A stretch of DNA of 10,355 bases from Candidatus Altiarchaeales archaeon IMC4 (GTDB lineage: Archaea > Altiarchaeota > Altiarchaeia > IMC4). The notes beneath the pieces were generated by a model that had not been told where the DNA came from, ran no database searches, and saw only the letters and a program-made list of their open reading frames with translations. A program made the position numbers and the translations under genes. Of this stretch, positions 7,401-10,355 are shown piece after piece. The stretch covers positions 907,878 to 918,232 of the forward strand of contig MCBF01000001.1 in assembly GCA_001742785.1 (NCBI GenBank), given 5' to 3'. Position 1 is the stretch's first letter; each line of letters begins with the position of its first letter.

Positions 7401-9391
7401 TTAGACGCAATGCCTGTGCAAAGATGTAAAAAGGGGCAGGTGTTACCATAAAGAGATAGTAAAAAAGAGGAGAAATAACTATGTCACAAACCAATTTAAC
7501 TGATAGAATAAAACCAGACGGTATCAGCATCGTATCTTACCTTGAAAACCTTCAAAGAGGGGACTACCAGATTCCAACATTTCAAAGAGACATCGTATGG
7601 GAGAAAGAGAATGTAAAAAAATTGTGGGATAGTATATACAAATTTTATCCACTGGGAAGTATTCTTATCTGGAAAACCGATACAAAATTGCATAATCATC
7701 GTGCTGTTGGTGGGCATATATTACCTCCAGACGATTCGAGAACTCAATTTCAGTATTTACTTGATGGACAACAAAGAACAACCTCTCTTCTTACCTCGAT
7801 TTACGGGGGAAGAGTAGAGGGACGGTTAGATTTTGATCCGACCCTCTTTATCGATCTTACAATTGAGTTCTCAAATGATGTTGATGATACAAGTTATTCT
7901 TCGCGCTTTTTATTTTGGGATGAAATTGATGATAAGGGGGGTTCTTATCATCGGAATGTAGGACGTAAAAAGAGATATGATGAGGGGGTAATAATCAAAT
8001 TACTTGATATTAAAAAAGATTTTCAGGGAATTTTTACGCGATTGAATGGTATTTCAGACAACAAGATACTGATAGACAACTTATGGAGAGTAAAGAATGT
8101 TCTTGATAACTATAGAATCGCACTCATTGATTTGAAAGGTATAACTGTGGGAGAAGTTTGCCAAATTTTTGAGAGAATAAATCAGGCAGGAAAACCCCTT
8201 GACATATTTGATATTGTCGTTGCAAAAACATATAGACCAAAAACACAAACTCAAGAAGGATTTTATTTAAGAGATTTAATCGCAGACTTCCGAAAAAATT
8301 CCAATAACAGTAAATTTCTTGGTATTGCAGATATTGATTATCTCCAAATTCTCGCGATACTTATTCGTGAGAACATACAAGATTCGGGGATTCAAAATAT
8401 TACACCACGTTATTTAAATGACATAAAGTCCGCACAAATTGAAGAAATATGGGCGGAGACAAAACCAGCGATTCTAAAAGTATTCGACTTTTTTGAAAAT
8501 CACTTACGCATCAAGACCCCAGATTTAATACCCTTTAGATACTTCTATATGACATTGTCCAGTTATTTCTACAAGAATAAAACACCCGATTATGATTTTA
8601 TAAAGAAATATTTTTGGTATTATAGTCTCCACAACAGTGATTTACTCAGTAATACGACCCATTTATCAAACCATATCAATTTTTTACAAAAACAACGGAA
8701 TGAAACTACAATATCGTTTGACAGATTTCTAATTGATAAAGATCGACTTCGGCTTGCATCCTATAGTTCAAAAGGGCGTCTATCAAGAGCCATACTATGC
8801 TTATATTCAAATCATCTCCCCAAAGACTGGAAGTTTATGGACAGAGATGTAATATCAGATAATCTGTTTTTCTCTACTGATAAACCAAACCTTCATCACG
8901 TATTTCCAACAGGATATATCTCAGAAAATATGGGCTCAAACAACCTTAACAGTAATAGTTTGATGAACATAGTGTATCTCACTCAAATAACGAATCTAGC
9001 GATAAGTGATAAAAATCCATTGACATACATCAAAGACTATGATATTCCAGGTTTTGACAAAGTGCTTCAATCACATCTTCTTTCAGATAGAATTGTACAA
9101 TGGTCAAGATTAGATACAATGCTTGAAAACGCTTTAGATCTCTTTATCGAAGAACGTGTTGAAACTATAATTAAAGATTTAAAGATGAAGTTGTCTGGAA
9201 TAAACATCGAGGTAATTGATACAAAAGGAACTGAAAAACCAGAGGATGATACTATTGAAAACGAACAAGAAACCCCTGTTCCATAGAAATGCACAGGCAC
9301 AGACGTCTAACAGCGGATATGAGGTTCGCCCCTCTGCTCGGGGCTCACCCAAATTGCTCACTTCGTTCGCAACTTCTCATATCCGCAAACG
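7401..9391 (+). mobile_element. Integron-type gene cassette carrying the DUF262 gene
   Basis: Begins at G|TTAGACG (7400-7407), the exact reverse complement of CGTCTAAC (9304-9311). TGCCTGTGCA (7411-7420) pairs with TGCACAGGCA (9290-9299). Ends at G|TTATGC (9391-9397). Contains a single AT-rich ORF with short flanks. Confidence 0.8.
7481..9286 (+). CDS. DUF262 (GmrSD/ParB-Srx-like) protein with C-terminal HNH-like region; putative defence nuclease
   Basis: Motifs YQIPTFQRDIVW, YPLGSIL, LLDGQQRTTSL, IFERINQAGKPL, and C-terminal NLHHVFP...NSLMNIVYL...N..ISDKNP. SD-like GAGGAG upstream. Clearly more AT-rich than the backbone genes. Confidence 0.9.
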   Translation: MSQTNLTDRIKPDGISIVSYLENLQRGDYQIPTFQRDIVWEKENVKKLWDSIYKFYPLGSILIWKTDTKLHNHRAVGGHILPPDDSRTQFQYLLDGQQRTTSLLTSIYGGRVEGRLDFDPTLFIDLTIEFSNDVDDTSYSSRFLFWDEIDDKGGSYHRNVGRKKRYDEGVIIKLLDIKKDFQGIFTRLNGISDNKILIDNLWRVKNVLDNYRIALIDLKGITVGEVCQIFERINQAGKPLDIFDIVVAKTYRPKTQTQEGFYLRDLIADFRKNSNNSKFLGIADIDYLQILAILIRENIQDSGIQNITPRYLNDIKSAQIEEIWAETKPAILKVFDFFENHLRIKTPDLIPFRYFYMTLSSYFYKNKTPDYDFIKKYFWYYSLHNSDLLSNTTHLSNHINFLQKQRNETTISFDRFLIDKDRLRLASYSSKGRLSRAILCLYSNHLPKDWKFMDRDVISDNLFFSTDKPNLHHVFPTGYISENMGSNNLNSNSLMNIVYLTQITNLAISDKNPLTYIKDYDIPGFDKVLQSHLLSDRIVQWSRLDTMLENALDLFIEERVETIIKDLKMKLSGINIEVIDTKGTEKPEDDTIENEQETPVP

Positions 9392-9397
9392 TTATGC
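9305..9397 (+). other. attC-like recombination site
   Basis: R'' GTCTAAC (9305-9311), perfect 11-bp stem GCGGATATGAG (9313-9323)/CTCATATCCGC (9376-9386), branched terminal structure, and R' GTTATGC (9391-9397). Starts 19 bp after the stop codon. Confidence 0.8.
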
Positions 9398-9406
9398 GAA
9401 CTTTTT

Positions 9407-9542
9407 GTTCGCATAATACTCATTAGACATGTTGCTTAATAAGCCAAAATTCGACCTCTGCATAGCGGTTTTGGGCAAAAAGCCAAAAAACCGCCACAGC
9501 ATAGCGAAAAATGAGTTATTTCGCAATAAGTCTAATATTAGA
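9407..9542. repeat. Second long imperfect palindrome, possibly a degenerate att site
   Basis: GTTCGCATAA (9407-9416); ATTAGACATGTTGC (9422-9435) pairs 12/14 with GCAATAAGTCTAAT (9523-9536); inner stem GCGGTTTT...AAAACCGC (9465-9494); palindrome TCTAATATTAGA (9531-9542). Confidence 0.55.
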
Positions 9543-9553
9543 AGACTTTGGAA

Positions 9554-9721
9554 ATGCTGATTTACCCAAACTTGGGCTACCCCCTGATGAACATACCCTA
9601 CGAAAACCGAACAAGCTACTACAACGCACTTGAGCGGGCGCAAGTCAAAAAACAGGAGTACATATTCGCTCAGTGGTTTATCAAAAAATACCTGAAGGAA
9701 AACAAGAAATACATCGGGTAG
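9554..9721 (+). pseudogene. C-terminal remnant of a Fic-family protein
   Basis: GYPLMNIPYENRTSYYNALERAQVKKQEYIFAQWFIKKYLKENKKYIG* resembles the segment following the Fic motif. The HPFxDGNGR motif itself is absent. Confidence 0.7.
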
Positions 9722-9729
9722 GGGCTTAT

Positions 9730-9915
9730 TCATCCGCCGATCAAAACCATGGATGCACCCATAATAAACATACCGGCGAAAAGCCCTGCGATCGCTACGT
9801 GTTCCTCGCCGTGTTTTAGGGACAGCGGCAAAAGCTCGTCAAAACTTATGAACACCATTATGCCCGCGACAAACGCCAGCATCGCGCTTAAAACGTAGGC
9901 GTTCATAAAGGGATA
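9730..9915 (-). pseudogene. zupT: C-terminal remnant of a ZIP-family metal transporter (ZupT-like)
   Basis: YPFMNAYVLSAMLAFVAGIMVFISFDELLPLSLKHGEEHVAIAGLFAGMFIMGASMVLIGG*; AGIMVFISxDELLP is the ZupT C-terminal signature. The gene is cut at the TA flanking the IS end. Confidence 0.85.
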
Positions 9916-10332
9916 TATAGTCAGTGATTTAAATAACGGAACATTTTAGTCAAATTTTTTTGGCGCAATATCCGGCGGATTTCCCGCCGGTATGTTTCCT
10001 CATCAGGATAGTACGTATTAGCCGCTGCATGTTTGGTGGTTTTCCACGCCTGTTCCGTGGGGTTTTCTTCCGGCGAATACGCAGGGAATTTCAGCGTCTT
10101 GATGCCGTACTTCTTGAGGTATTGCCTTTACGTGGCGCTCCCTGTGCCACGGTGCGCCGTCCCAAAGCAACAGCAATTTCGGATAATGTCGATGAAGGTA
10201 CCTGATAAAGTCCAGTACCGTCCGCCAGTTTATTTCGTCGTAGAAGAGGTATAGCAAAGGACATGGTTATTTGTACAGTCCTTTGCTAGTTGTGAATGCC
10301 ATATTGTCCAATTATTTGCGGCATTCACTATA
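9916..10332 (-). mobile_element. Internally deleted IS630-family element (about 0.42 kb)
   Basis: Imperfect terminal inverted repeats TATAGTCAGTGATTTAAATAA (9916-9936) and TATAGTGAATGCCGCAAATAA (minus strand from 10332), 15/21 identical and both starting with TA. They enclose a transposase fragment. Confidence 0.75.
9921..10257 (-). pseudogene. IS630-family DDE transposase C-terminal fragment, frameshifted
   Basis: LLLLWDGAPWHRERHVK, then one extra base near 10125, then QYLKKYGIKTLKFPAYSPEENPTEQAWKTTK...KMFRYLNH*. DxAxWH and PAYSPExNPxE are IS630 signatures. Confidence 0.88.
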
Positions 10333-10355
10333 GTGTTCTTTTTCGCCATTAATCG

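Noticed and set aside
9179..9733. ORFs 9216-9416 (+), 9179-9361 (-) and 9392-9733 (-)
   Set aside because: They run through the palindromic att-like DNA or antisense to the Fic remnant and show no protein-family features.

Overview
Archaeal chromosomal window; the class III pilin, NAC, Hel308, DUF357 and XerA gene set suggests a DPANN/Altiarchaeota-like lineage (inference). The backbone genes are an RsmB/NOP2 m5C methyltransferase (-), then xerA-like recombinase, DUF357, pilin, HAD hydrolase, Hel308, a lipoprotein and NAC (all +). Main signals: (1) an AT-rich DUF262/GmrSD-like gene packaged as an integron-type cassette (G|TTAGAC at 7400, attC-like hairpin at 9305-9397). It sits in a self-complementary target carrying Xer-arm-like GTTCGCATAA motifs. 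The only recombinase in the window is a XerA-type enzyme lacking the IntI insertion. (2) A dif-like 28-mer plus tandem inverted repeats directly upstream of xerA. (3) A precise 63-bp double-hairpin insertion that splits a flavin reductase gene in frame. (4) Several gene remnants (flavin reductase 5' part, helicase 3' end, Fic 3' end, ZupT 3' end) and an internally deleted IS630 element.
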